Below, piece after piece: positions 30,085 through 38,981 of a stretch of DNA of 54,367 nucleotides. The DNA comes from a virus (Duplodnaviria; Heunggongvirae; Uroviricota; Caudoviricetes), in the IMG/VR virus record IMGVR_UViG_2531839448_000005, positions 1 through 54,367 of that record. One strand, written 5' to 3'. Both the position numbers and the translations under genes were made by a program. The notes under the pieces were generated by a model. The model saw only the letters and a program-made list of their open reading frames with translations. It did no database searches and was not told the DNA's origin. Numbering within the stretch: the first letter of the stretch is position 1; each line of letters starts with the position of its first letter.

Positions 30085-30663
30085 TTACTGAATACGCTCA
30101 CCAAAGTAAAACTCAGGCTGGTATTCACGTATCAGCCTTTTTTCTTCTTCCTCCAGCTCACGCTTTTTGCGCTTACATGCCTGTAGCTCCCTCCCCTTCT
30201 CACTGGCACTTATCTGGTATTGCTCTTTGCGGCGGGAAAAATCCTGTAATGCGCCCCACGGGATACCATAAGCCCCCGTTTTTCTGATACCCGGTATCAC
30301 ATTTCTGAATACCCAGTTACTGAAACGATGAGCAAATGTGCCAGGCGTCGTTGCTTTGCGGCTGCGGGCTATTAGTTTGTAGAAACCTGACTCGGAGATA
30401 ATGCTCATATTCTGATTTCCTCCGGGGGTGTAAGTTAAATTTACTCCCTTTTCGTCATCATCAAGCATCTGCAACGCCGTACGCGAATTGGTCAATTCCA
30501 GCGCAGCACAAACATCCTTTGCAACAAACCACGGATCGCCGTTTAGATACACCACACGAACATCCACGCCATCAAAGCGCAGAACGACCAGATCACGAAT
30601 ATCACAGAATTTTTTCACATGACGTGCGTCACCCTTGCCCGTCACGGCAATATTTTTATTCAT
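30085..30663 (-). CDS. Bro-N domain protein (antirepressor-like)
   Basis: N-terminal Bro-N-like pattern RVVYLNGDPWFVAKDVCAAL...ESGFYKLI...FSNWVFRNVIPGIRKTGAYG. Confidence 0.65.
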   Translation of the reverse strand: MNKNIAVTGKGDARHVKKFCDIRDLVVLRFDGVDVRVVYLNGDPWFVAKDVCAALELTNSRTALQMLDDDEKGVNLTYTPGGNQNMSIISESGFYKLIARSRKATTPGTFAHRFSNWVFRNVIPGIRKTGAYGIPWGALQDFSRRKEQYQISASEKGRELQACKRKKRELEEEEKRLIREYQPEFYFGERIQ

Positions 30664-30720
30664 TGCTTTTTACCTCACATACAAAAAACCCCGCATTGCG
30701 TGGTGCGGGGTTGTCGGTAA

Positions 30721-30999
30721 TTACTTATTGGCGTTTTTGTATGGGCTGTTTACTTCCTTTACTCCTGGCGGATGCATAACCCACCAGAGCACATCAGAGA
30801 GCAACCAGGAAACAGACACTTTCCCTAAATGAGCACGAGCAGGAAATGCTCCCTCCTGTTCAAGTACCCAACGTCTGCTTCTTGAAAGCCCGGTACGATT
30901 GGCACACTCATGTTCGCGTATACGGCGATCATACGGTTCGCCATGATCTTTCAGAATCTGAATGCGTTCTTCGGGTGTAGGATAAATAAATTTTTGCAT
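30721..30999 (-). CDS. AlpA-like small regulator (tentative)
   Basis: start MQKFIY; small basic protein adjacent to alpA. Confidence 0.4.
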   Translation of the reverse strand: MQKFIYPTPEERIQILKDHGEPYDRRIREHECANRTGLSRSRRWVLEQEGAFPARAHLGKVSVSWLLSDVLWWVMHPPGVKEVNSPYKNANK

Positions 31000-31062
31000 A
31001 AAAATATCACCTATAAAAAAACCCGCCAAAAGACGGGTTGATTATATCTCATTTAATTTAGC

Positions 31063-31296
31063 TCAGGGTTTCCATTCACCTTTTACCCATTCCAGCACCT
31101 CAGATAAGCGCCAGACTTTTGTTTGTGGGCCAATACATATTTTTCGTGGAAATTTTCCTTCCTTTTCAAGTAACGATCTGTGTCTCCTGCCAAGAGCGGT
31201 TAACCATGCACATTCATCCTCCTTAATCATCCTGTCGATTGTTTCATCATTTTCAAGTTCTTCACGCGTAACTATTTGAATCATTACTGTCACCAC
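31063..31296 (-). CDS. alpA: AlpA-family transcriptional regulator
   Basis: 77 aa ORF directly upstream of int; small basic winged-helix-like protein. Confidence 0.55.
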   Translation of the reverse strand: MVTVMIQIVTREELENDETIDRMIKEDECAWLTALGRRHRSLLEKEGKFPRKICIGPQTKVWRLSEVLEWVKGEWKP

Positions 31297-31329
31297 TAAT
31301 TTGCTTATTCAGATAGTCGTACCACCAGT

Positions 31330-32483
31330 TCATAGCTTCTTTTTTCTGTCCATATACTGGCTTCTGTTATAAACCCCGGCAACACCGCCTAATGTGTGCC
31401 CAAGCAACTGTTCAACCACATTATGTTCAAAACCATGATCACTTAGTTTTGTGGCAAACACTCTTCGCATATCATGCGCCGTCCATTTCTCCGAGTGTTT
31501 CATCCTTTTCCATGTCTTACCGATAGTTACGCTTGCCGTACACTGACGCATATCAAACCCAATCACATTTTCTTTGTTACCTGTTATTTTTTTAACGTAA
31601 CTAACCAGTTAAACATGCCATCAGGAATCGGTCTGATTATTTCCCTGCCATTTTTGCTATGATCAGCGGGAACGCGCCATAATTTCTTATCAAAATCCCA
31701 CTCTACCCAGGACGACAGTAATACTTCTGACAGTCGACAACCAAAAACTACCAGGAAACGTAAAATAATTCGGTTTTCATATGATAATTCGTGATTGTCA
31801 TAATCAGTATTAATACTTCGCCATAAATCTCTGATTTCATCATCTGTTAAAACCCTGCTTCTTCGCGCAGACTTTTTTCCCACATCACAGACCTCAAGAT
31901 CATCAATTTCATGACTAATCGCGTATTTTCTTACCCTACAAAATTTAAGCGCCTGTTTTGATATACGCAACAAAGCTCCGGCCTGTACAGGTGCTACTTT
32001 TTTTATTTTGTCAAAACACTTAATCCACATAGATATAGAGCAATCACTAAGTGGTACATGACCAATCACCGGATAAATATGTTTACCAAAGCACTGCCTG
32101 ATATGTTCTGCTCCCCTACGCTTATCCATTGCATAATTATCAAGCCAGTATTCAAGTGCCTCACGAACGGTAACAGGTTGCAAGGTGGCTTCCCGTTCAA
32201 TTTTTATCTGAATCCGTGGATCTCTGCCCTCCGCAAGCCAGGTTCGACACTGATCGCGCATCTCTCTCGCTGATTTGAGACTCAGATCAGGATATTTTCC
32301 AAGTGTCAGCCAGATGGGCGCGGTTCCCCTTCCCGCCAGTCTGTAAAAGAAAACAAAACTAACACATCCGTATTTACTGACCCGTACCGAAAGCCCGTTA
32401 CCATCAGCGATGGTTTCCTGCCTCTCACTCCTGCGCCCAAGCAGGGAACGAAGTTTTTTATCGCTCAGTTTGTTTAGCGCCAT
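31330..32483 (-). pseudogene. int: tyrosine integrase (P4-like), frame-broken at an A7 tract near 31580-31590
   Basis: 311 aa N-terminal ORF plus 78 aa C-terminal ORF carrying HxxR...Y catalytic region (HDMRRVFAT...GVYNRSQY); adding one A rejoins the frames. Confidence 0.8.
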
Positions 32484-32503
32484 GTGATTTATAACCCGTT
32501 TTT

Positions 32504-32524
32504 GCAATACACAGTGCAATACAC
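32504..32524. repeat. tandem GCAATACAC arm-type repeat (copy 2)
   Basis: GCAATACACAGTGCAATACAC just upstream of the int start. Confidence 0.5.
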
Positions 32525-32654
32525 AAATGATGAAAACAGCCAGAACCTTCCAGAAAAAACAAAAACGACGAACAAGAAAAAATCTTTTTCTTTCATTTGG
32601 TTACTAAAAAAATCAGGACAGGTCGCACTGTTGTTACGGCGTGATGTTACTTTC

Positions 32655-32661
32655 TTGGTAA
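32655..32661. repeat. right junction core TTGGTAA
   Basis: direct repeat of 17603-17609. Confidence 0.6.
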
Positions 32662-33682
32662 AAAAATTCACCCGCGCAGAGACCTGTTCTTTCGCTTTTT
32701 TCGCCAGGCGACGCAGATCATCCCAGCGTTTACAGATGCCCAGGCCGGGATTCGCTTTCTGCCAGACCGTTTCATCAAACGGATCATCTCCCTCATCGAG
32801 GGTGTAAATAATCGCAAAGTAGGAGTCGTCTTTTACAGCGCCCTCCACATCGCTGTTATAGCCACGCAATACCTTGATGGCGTAATCACGCTGCTCGTAA
32901 CAAATCCCTTCCTTGTTAAACCCTGCCGTGGTGATACCAAATAACAGGGACTGCAGGCGGGCACCGGTTGCCGTTTCCAGAACGTCCCACACGTCGCGGG
33001 TTTTATGTGCATGCAGCTCATCAATAATGGCGCAGTGGATGTTCAGACCATCCAGGTTGTTTGCATCCGAGGAAAGCGGTTCAAATTTTGATGCGCTCTG
33101 CTCCTGGTAAATCGCCAGCTTGTTGAAATCAAACAACCGCCCGAGTGTCGACCGGGCTTTTCTGACCATATTTTTGGCGTCTTCAAACACAATTCTGGCC
33201 TGGTCACGCGTGGTGGCGGCTGAATACACCTCAGCACCGCCTTCACCATCTGCCCCCGTCATATACAGGCCGATACCCGATGACAGAGTTGATTTTGCGT
33301 TTTTACGGGCGACTTCGTTGTACGCCGTCCGGAACCGGCGCACCATCACCGGACGTCCGCTGCCATCGCTGCGCATGACAACTTCCCCGGTCTCTTCATT
33401 CACCAGCGGAATGACAAAACCAAAAATATTAATGAGGATAAATACATGCCAGTCCATCAGTTCAATGGGCTGGCCTGCCAGCGCCCCTTTTACATGAGGC
33501 ACAAATTTGTAGAAATTCAGGATGTGCTGCGCACGGGGTTCACTGAAATAAATCCCCCGCTCTTCGCCGTACTTCAGATCATCAAGAAAACGCTGGCAGG
33601 CCAAGCGGACAAATTCGCCAGCAACAATTTCTCCTGCAACAACACGTTCGGCGTAGCGGATCCCGTCAGCCACTTTTGCCAT
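32655..33682 (-). pseudogene. terL: terminase large subunit, N-terminal (ATPase) fragment of the resident prophage
   Basis: ORF reads terL-like sequence to ...ARVNFFTKK then 53 unrelated codons inside the island; Walker-type motifs present. Confidence 0.85.
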
Positions 33683-34164
33683 CAGTCTCTCGCTTTTAAA
33701 AGCTCCGCCAGCGGATCAACATCATCCGGTCCGGCGATATTTACTTTAGCCCGGCTTGCCGGTGACATACCAAACTCTGCAAGCATTGCCCGGATCCGCT
33801 TCCAGGCATCCGCTTTCATTGCCGCCGCGGGGTGCGCCTTAATCAGTACATCACCGCTCTGCGTTTCCGTGCGGTAGGTATACCCCTCAACATCGAGTGT
33901 TTCGCAGTGATGCCGATATTCGGTGTAGGCTTCCACCAGCAACTCGAGCGCACGCGCATCAAGCTGAGAAATGATCCCTTCCGCATTCAGCTCTTCCGCC
34001 ATTCGCCTGAACCAGTACTTCCCCTGAGCCCCTAAATGCTGCGGAATTTTAGGAAGACCTTTTTCATCCTTTTTAGCGGTTTTTTTGTGGTCTTTAACGG
34101 GGCGCTTTGAGGGGTTGCCTCGAATCAAATGCAGGCGTGGCGGGGTTTTCGGAGGTCCTGACAT
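33682..34164 (-). CDS. terS: terminase small subunit (P27-like)
   Basis: 160 aa ORF directly upstream of terL. Confidence 0.7.
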   Translation of the reverse strand: MSGPPKTPPRLHLIRGNPSKRPVKDHKKTAKKDEKGLPKIPQHLGAQGKYWFRRMAEELNAEGIISQLDARALELLVEAYTEYRHHCETLDVEGYTYRTETQSGDVLIKAHPAAAMKADAWKRIRAMLAEFGMSPASRAKVNIAGPDDVDPLAELLKARD

Positions 34165-34312
34165 AATCGGTCTTACCTATCAATCGTTTGTTCACATTTC
34201 CAAAAAAAAGTTTTCGAACCTGCGGCGATGTGAGGAAGGGTCAGGCGGCGGTACTGAGCAGCCAGGGCGGCAGAGATTTGCCCCGCCCCTCCCCTACAGA
34301 TGAGAACTGTTA

Positions 34313-34663
34313 TCAATTGATGCGTTCGCGCGCTGTTTTTGCTTTATGGCAGGGCCAGCACAGACTCTGCAGGTTACTGTCTGCATCCGTGCCACCATGA
34401 GCTTTCGGAATGATGTGGTCCACAGTTCTGGCTTCAACAGCTCTCCCATTGCGCAGGCAGTTCTGACACAGATGATTATCACGCTTCAGTATGCGCGCAC
34501 GTATGGCATCCCATTTCGAGCCATAGCCACGCTGGTGGCGGCTCAGTCCGCGCTGGTGCTGCACCCAGCCTTCACCCCAATGTTTATCGCAGTAGCCCGA
34601 ACTGTCTGTTGTTGTGCCTGCGCAGCCTCGCTTACGACATGCGCGGGGGATTCGTGATGGCAT
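34313..34663 (-). CDS. HNH endonuclease
   Basis: CxxC pairs plus DHIIPKAHGG...CWPCH motif. Confidence 0.8.
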   Translation of the reverse strand: MPSRIPRACRKRGCAGTTTDSSGYCDKHWGEGWVQHQRGLSRHQRGYGSKWDAIRARILKRDNHLCQNCLRNGRAVEARTVDHIIPKAHGGTDADSNLQSLCWPCHKAKTARERIN

Positions 34664-35054
34664 GGAACTTCGTTCTCCAGCGATTAAAACGTTTCTCTCT
34701 CGGGGATAACATGTATTGCATTCAGTCCCGCCGCCACAGCGTGCTGATTATGTTCATTGACAAGCTGCATTGTTTCATCAAGCAATTCACGACAGCGATT
34801 TGCATTCGTTTCGATGCTCAGCACCAGTGAATGACCCCCACACAACCGCCCATCCAATAAAAATGGAGAGTCAGCAGAAACAATTTCCGATTTTATGGGG
34901 TCAGTTCAACGGAAGGGCTGCTGTAATGCTGTGGACAATACTCCTTTTGTCGCTTACTGGTTGAATATCCTGGTTTTTATGCGCTTTATCCATTGTTAAA
35001 ATACAACCTCAGCCCTCCAGTGTTCGGACACTGTGTGAACAATGAATAAGAGCC

Positions 35055-35294
35055 TTGGCTGACGGCTCCGCAAAAGGAATGACAATGACAAGCTTTAATA
35101 TAAATTTAAATGTAACAACAAAGGTTGAAACCATTTCTGACGTAGCTTTAGAAATTTCCCGTTTAAAAGTTACGATTGGAATATTATTGGCTAAACTACC
35201 TCCAGAACAGCGTGATTCATTCATTGCAGATCTAAAAGGCGTCGGGCTTAATGAAGAGGCCAGCTTATATAGTAATTTCAACCCAAAGATATAA
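35055..35294 (+). CDS. hypothetical protein (moron, opposite strand to the late operon)
   Basis: 79 aa ORF in an AT-rich tract with its own downstream terminator. Confidence 0.4.
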   Translation: MADGSAKGMTMTSFNINLNVTTKVETISDVALEISRLKVTIGILLAKLPPEQRDSFIADLKGVGLNEEASLYSNFNPKI

Positions 35295-35315
35295 TCTGAA
35301 TCCATCGTTTACAGG

Positions 35316-35348
35316 AGCGGGGAGGGAGCACCTCCCCCCTTTTCTTTA
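35316..35348 (+). terminator. rho-independent terminator
   Basis: GGGGAGGGAGCACCTCCCCCC hairpin followed by TTTT. Confidence 0.6.
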
Positions 35349-35532
35349 TTTGGTGTATGTAATATTTCCTTTTAAGTAAAACGCTCCCGTATTATCAAAT
35401 GCGCCCTCAGGTTTTTTATTGAGAATTTTTAATAATTTTGACTTCATAGCAATATTAAAAATCTTTGGGAAAAGAAACATATTTCCTCCTGAATAAATAT
35501 GCGAGGATGAATTGAGTTCACTTTATCTAACC

Positions 35533-35712
35533 TCACTGCATACACTGCCGGATGCCATCAATCAGTTGGCAGGCCTGAGAAGCAGCGTCAAAAAACTGGC
35601 GCGCCTTATCCAGGCTAACGCATCCCGCCAATAAAAAAGGCACCAGTATCGCTACCAGTGCCCATTTCGCCGCCGTTCGCGGCATTCTGTGTGTCCAGTG
35701 TTTTCTGCTCAT
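35533..35712 (-). CDS. lipoprotein, o-spanin-like (tentative)
   Basis: lipobox LLAGC after a hydrophobic signal; directly downstream of endolysin. Confidence 0.4.
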   Translation of the reverse strand: MSRKHWTHRMPRTAAKWALVAILVPFLLAGCVSLDKARQFFDAASQACQLIDGIRQCMQ

Positions 35713-35726
35713 AACACACCTGGTTA

Positions 35727-36110
35727 TCAGCGTTTCAACTGAAAGTGAGGCCCGTCTTTCAGTGTTTTCCAGTCCCCGCCCCATTCGATGGCAGTTCCCA
35801 GCTCTGCGGCAGCCTGCTTAAATGCCTGCGCGATTTTCTCGTACAGAGGCCAGTCCCATGACACCTGGCTGCCAATGTAGGCCACAACATCCACCGCATC
35901 ACCGGTCAGGTGGCGGCTGTTCATGGTCTGGCTTTTCCCTTCCGCGACCAGCTGTTTCTGGCGATACTTACTGCGCAGGCCTTCCGTAATACCGAAATCA
36001 ACCTCCGTCAGTTCCAGCGCACGGCGAACGACAGCAACCAGCTGTGGTTTGACGCCCTCCAGATTCTTTTCGCTGCGACGACTAAATCTGAATTTACCCG
36101 ACATACTCAC
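35727..36110 (-). CDS. endolysin, peptidase M15-type
   Basis: 127 aa; motif GLRSKYRQKQLVAEGKSQTMNSRHLTGDAVDV typical of M15 peptidoglycan peptidases. Confidence 0.7.
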   Translation of the reverse strand: MSMSGKFRFSRRSEKNLEGVKPQLVAVVRRALELTEVDFGITEGLRSKYRQKQLVAEGKSQTMNSRHLTGDAVDVVAYIGSQVSWDWPLYEKIAQAFKQAAAELGTAIEWGGDWKTLKDGPHFQLKR

Positions 36111-36382
36111 CTCAACAATGGAAAAATTCTTGCGACGTTCCCGCGTGCGCGTATTACCAGCACGCAGAACAGCAGATTAAAAAACACTTCCAGCCAGCCC
36201 GTTGCTAATGGGCGACCACACAGATAGCTGAGGGGCGCAAAGGCATACAGCAGCATCAGCAGCCAGGCCAGCCATGACATCAGCGGTTTATGTCTGGAAT
36301 CACGGCGACGATAAAAAAAGAGCGTCAGCACGATAACCGTGCATAACGCCACATTCAGCAATCCGGGAAGGTTACTTAACAT
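36107..36382 (-). CDS. small membrane protein of the lysis cassette
   Basis: two predicted transmembrane segments; between holin and endolysin. Confidence 0.4.
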   Translation of the reverse strand: MLSNLPGLLNVALCTVIVLTLFFYRRRDSRHKPLMSWLAWLLMLLYAFAPLSYLCGRPLATGWLEVFFNLLFCVLVIRARGNVARIFPLLR

Positions 36383-36764
36383 TGCCGCCTCCTCCACCCC
36401 GCAGGCGGGAGAACAGGCCGGACACCAGCGATGCAATATCCTGCTGGTGGATGAACGACAGAATCTTCACCGACACCACTGACACCAGCACTGCACACAA
36501 TGCGTCGACAGGCGCTCCGTCAAACCCTGTATGCTTTACCAGCCAGGATGCCAGAACCTCTGCGCCCAGCACACCGATAATGAACGACACCAGAAAATGC
36601 GCCGCCACACGCCAGGCTGAAAGCGCCTGCGGCATCGTTGCCACAAATAACGCCCCGGCGAACGCACCAAACACAATCCCGAAATCCGTTCCGGTAAACA
36701 ACCCGTACACCGTCGCCCCGCCGAGCGCCGCAGCCGTGCCGGAACCGGATAAGGGTTCAGACAT
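36372..36764 (-). CDS. holin
   Basis: start MSEPLSG preceded by AGGAG; multiple hydrophobic segments; first gene of the lysis cassette. Confidence 0.6.
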   Translation of the reverse strand: MSEPLSGSGTAAALGGATVYGLFTGTDFGIVFGAFAGALFVATMPQALSAWRVAAHFLVSFIIGVLGAEVLASWLVKHTGFDGAPVDALCAVLVSVVSVKILSFIHQQDIASLVSGLFSRLRGGGGGNVK

Positions 36765-36778
36765 ACTTTTTCTCCTGT

Positions 36779-36803
36779 AAATAAAAAAGGGCCACCAGCG
36801 GCC
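36779..36803 (-). terminator. terminator immediately upstream of holin (tR'-like)
   Basis: GGGCC/GGCCC stem followed by a T8 run on the minus strand. Confidence 0.5.
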
Positions 36804-37123
36804 CGTAAAAAACACCCCATCAAAGACACCCGCAGATGCCTTTTATGTGGTGTTATCTGATGTGATGTGCGCCTGACGTGGCTCGGAGAAAATGAAATAA
36901 AGCTTATCTGAAATTAAGGTTAATCCGGGGATTTAAACCATTTTTAAAGCTTAGTAATATCAAATCGTCTCCTGGAGGAGACTGATGCTTATTCTTCTTC
37001 ACGGACTTTGTCCCGCGGCGTTAATCCGACAGCCGCGCTTTTTTTGCGCTCAGTTCATTATTAGCTTTCATGGCCTTGCCACACGGGTAATATCAATGCC
37101 CGTGTATTCTTTTCTGAGTTCAG

Positions 37124-37154
37124 AATAAAAAAACCGCCCGATAGAGGCGGTTAA
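37124..37154 (-). terminator. rho-independent terminator after the tRNA cluster
   Basis: AACCGCC/GGCGGTT stem followed by T7 on the minus strand. Confidence 0.6.
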
Positions 37155-37419
37155 GGATGCATTTCCAGGTTTTGCTTAATATATGATTAATCTCAATGTC
37201 ATGGTGTTATTTACAACACCAGAATGATGCATCATCGGCCCCTGCCAGAAACATTGCAAATCTCTACCAATAATGCACCATTCCGGTGACGTAAAAAATG
37301 GCACTGGTGCTGCAAGCGATATCACTCCTTACAGTACAGGGCGAGGTAAGGAGTCAGGAAAAACGCCCCACATAAAATGTGTCAGTGCCTAACACAACCT
37401 AGTATCAATCGTCCTCTGC

Positions 37420-37494
<75 letters not shown>

Positions 37495-37497
37495 ATA

Positions 37498-37573
<76 letters not shown>

Positions 37574-37575
37574 AC

Positions 37576-37652
37576 TGGACCGCCACCGGGGACTCGAACC
37601 TCGCACACTCAACTTAAAGGGTTGACGCTCTTTCCTGATGAGCTAGTGGCGG
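37576..37652 (-). tRNA. tRNA-like, anticodon loop CCUUUAA (putative UUU/Lys, non-canonical C33)
   Basis: 77 nt; 7 bp acceptor stem, TTCGAGT T-loop, CCA end; one mismatch in the T stem. Confidence 0.45.
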
Positions 37653-37653
37653 C

Positions 37654-37729
37654 TGGTGGCCCTTGCTGGATTTGAACCAGCGACCTGGCGATTATGAGTC
37701 GCTCGCTCTCACCACTGAGCTAAAGGGCC
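37654..37729 (-). tRNA. tRNA-Ile2/Met (anticodon CAU), ileX/ileZ-like
   Basis: 76 nt cloverleaf, anticodon loop CUCAUAA, close to E. coli ileX as recalled. Confidence 0.8.
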
Positions 37730-37833
37730 GGGCGCAGGATAATAACGTTACGAAATCAATGTTGCAAGCATTCAAAAATCACCCTTATCTCCTCCACCAG
37801 CGCATTCACCATGTCTATCCGAGATAAGTGGCA

Positions 37834-37866
37834 CAAAAAACCCGCTTGTGGGCGGGTTTTGTTTGC
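37834..37866. terminator. bidirectional hairpin terminator downstream of Q
   Basis: AACCCGC/GCGGGTT stem flanked by an A-run and a T-run. Confidence 0.45.
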
Positions 37867-37923
37867 TTTTGCCATCACGTACAAAATCGGCAAAATATCA
37901 GATTTGCATGAAATATATGCCTT

Positions 37924-38619
37924 TCAATCTACTTTTGCAACACTTTGCTTTGAAAATGCCGCCTTTTGTTTTGAACGTGTTCTCATTACAAACAATAAAG
38001 CCTCACTATCAAGTCGGTGAAAAATGTGTTTCATTGCAACCCAGTGACGAGTAAATGTTTTGGACCAGTTTTTAGTTGTCACTCCCGCCAGTAATGCCAG
38101 CTCCTGGTATTCATAACCTTCCCCACCAAAAAGTTCTGCTTTTAATGCCTGCGCCGCCAGCCAGATTAATTTTTTCAGGCGTTCCTGCGTTTTCCCTGCA
38201 ATTTTTCTGGTACCGGATTGAGTATTAAATTCATTCCACGCCCACTGTGTTATCGCGATCTGATATTCCCAACAAATACTCCCGCTGTAACACCACAACA
38301 ACCAGGCTTTATGATGTTCTTCAAGAGACAGAACTGCCCGTCGCCATGATGATGTCGAAAACTCAACCTGACTTACCAGAGCAATTGATGAGCCTTTCGC
38401 CAGTGATTGTTTTCCCGGTATCGGTGGACTATCCCGCGTTATCATTCTTCCAGTCACTTCATCGCGGTACCGGATTTTTTTACGCCTGTAACGCCCTGTA
38501 TCAAACATGGCATTCTCCTGCCAGGCTTCAAGCTGACCTTTTGTTGCCCCACTCAAATCAGCGGTAGCGATAATGAGCTGCTCACGCACAAACTGTAAAT
38601 ACTGGTTATTCATGCGCAC
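37924..38619 (-). CDS. late-gene antiterminator Q-like protein
   Basis: 231 aa ORF immediately upstream of the tRNA and lysis block, downstream of RusA; family call from position and size. Confidence 0.55.
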   Translation of the reverse strand: MRMNNQYLQFVREQLIIATADLSGATKGQLEAWQENAMFDTGRYRRKKIRYRDEVTGRMITRDSPPIPGKQSLAKGSSIALVSQVEFSTSSWRRAVLSLEEHHKAWLLWCYSGSICWEYQIAITQWAWNEFNTQSGTRKIAGKTQERLKKLIWLAAQALKAELFGGEGYEYQELALLAGVTTKNWSKTFTRHWVAMKHIFHRLDSEALLFVMRTRSKQKAAFSKQSVAKVD

Positions 38620-38969
38620 TCCAGTTCTGTGATTTTTATCCCCAGCCGACCACCAGGAACAGGCAGTCCGCGCACAATATTGATTTCATCAAACTGCTCG
38701 TCGTCTATGAGAAGTCCGGCATGCGTCAGCGCATCCAGTGGTGCCTTCAGGATATTGTCCAGGTCGCGGCGGCGCTTATCCGGTGGCTCTGCAATAATTT
38801 TTATTGCCAGCCTTCCGGACAGGTTTAATTTCAACCGCTGCTGGCGAACAATTAGTGCCACATCACGGCGATAACGCTCACCGACTTTTGATACAAAATA
38901 TGTGTTGCCACGACGTCGCCAGTAAGTATTCACCGTCGGCGGATAAGGCAAAACAAACTCTATACGCAT
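38610..38969 (-). CDS. rusA: Holliday junction resolvase RusA
   Basis: 119 aa, MRIEFVLPYPPTVNTYW...DLDNILKAPLDALTHAGL typical of RusA. Confidence 0.8.
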   Translation of the reverse strand: MRIEFVLPYPPTVNTYWRRRGNTYFVSKVGERYRRDVALIVRQQRLKLNLSGRLAIKIIAEPPDKRRRDLDNILKAPLDALTHAGLLIDDEQFDEINIVRGLPVPGGRLGIKITELECA

Positions 38970-38981
38970 CAGTAACCTCTT

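Larger units (their letters stand above)
17610..32654 (-). mobile_element. integrative phage satellite-like island (cf-PICI-like), about 15.0 kb
   Basis: bounded by direct repeats; int at one end; AlpA, Bro-N, DUF927 primase, iterons, full head and packaging module; no tail or lysis genes; interrupts terL. Confidence 0.8.

Noticed and set aside
16873-33682. Homologous recombination between the two terL genes as the cause of the split terL
   Set aside because: The island terL is intact and only distantly related to the resident terL, and the breakpoints carry a short direct repeat.
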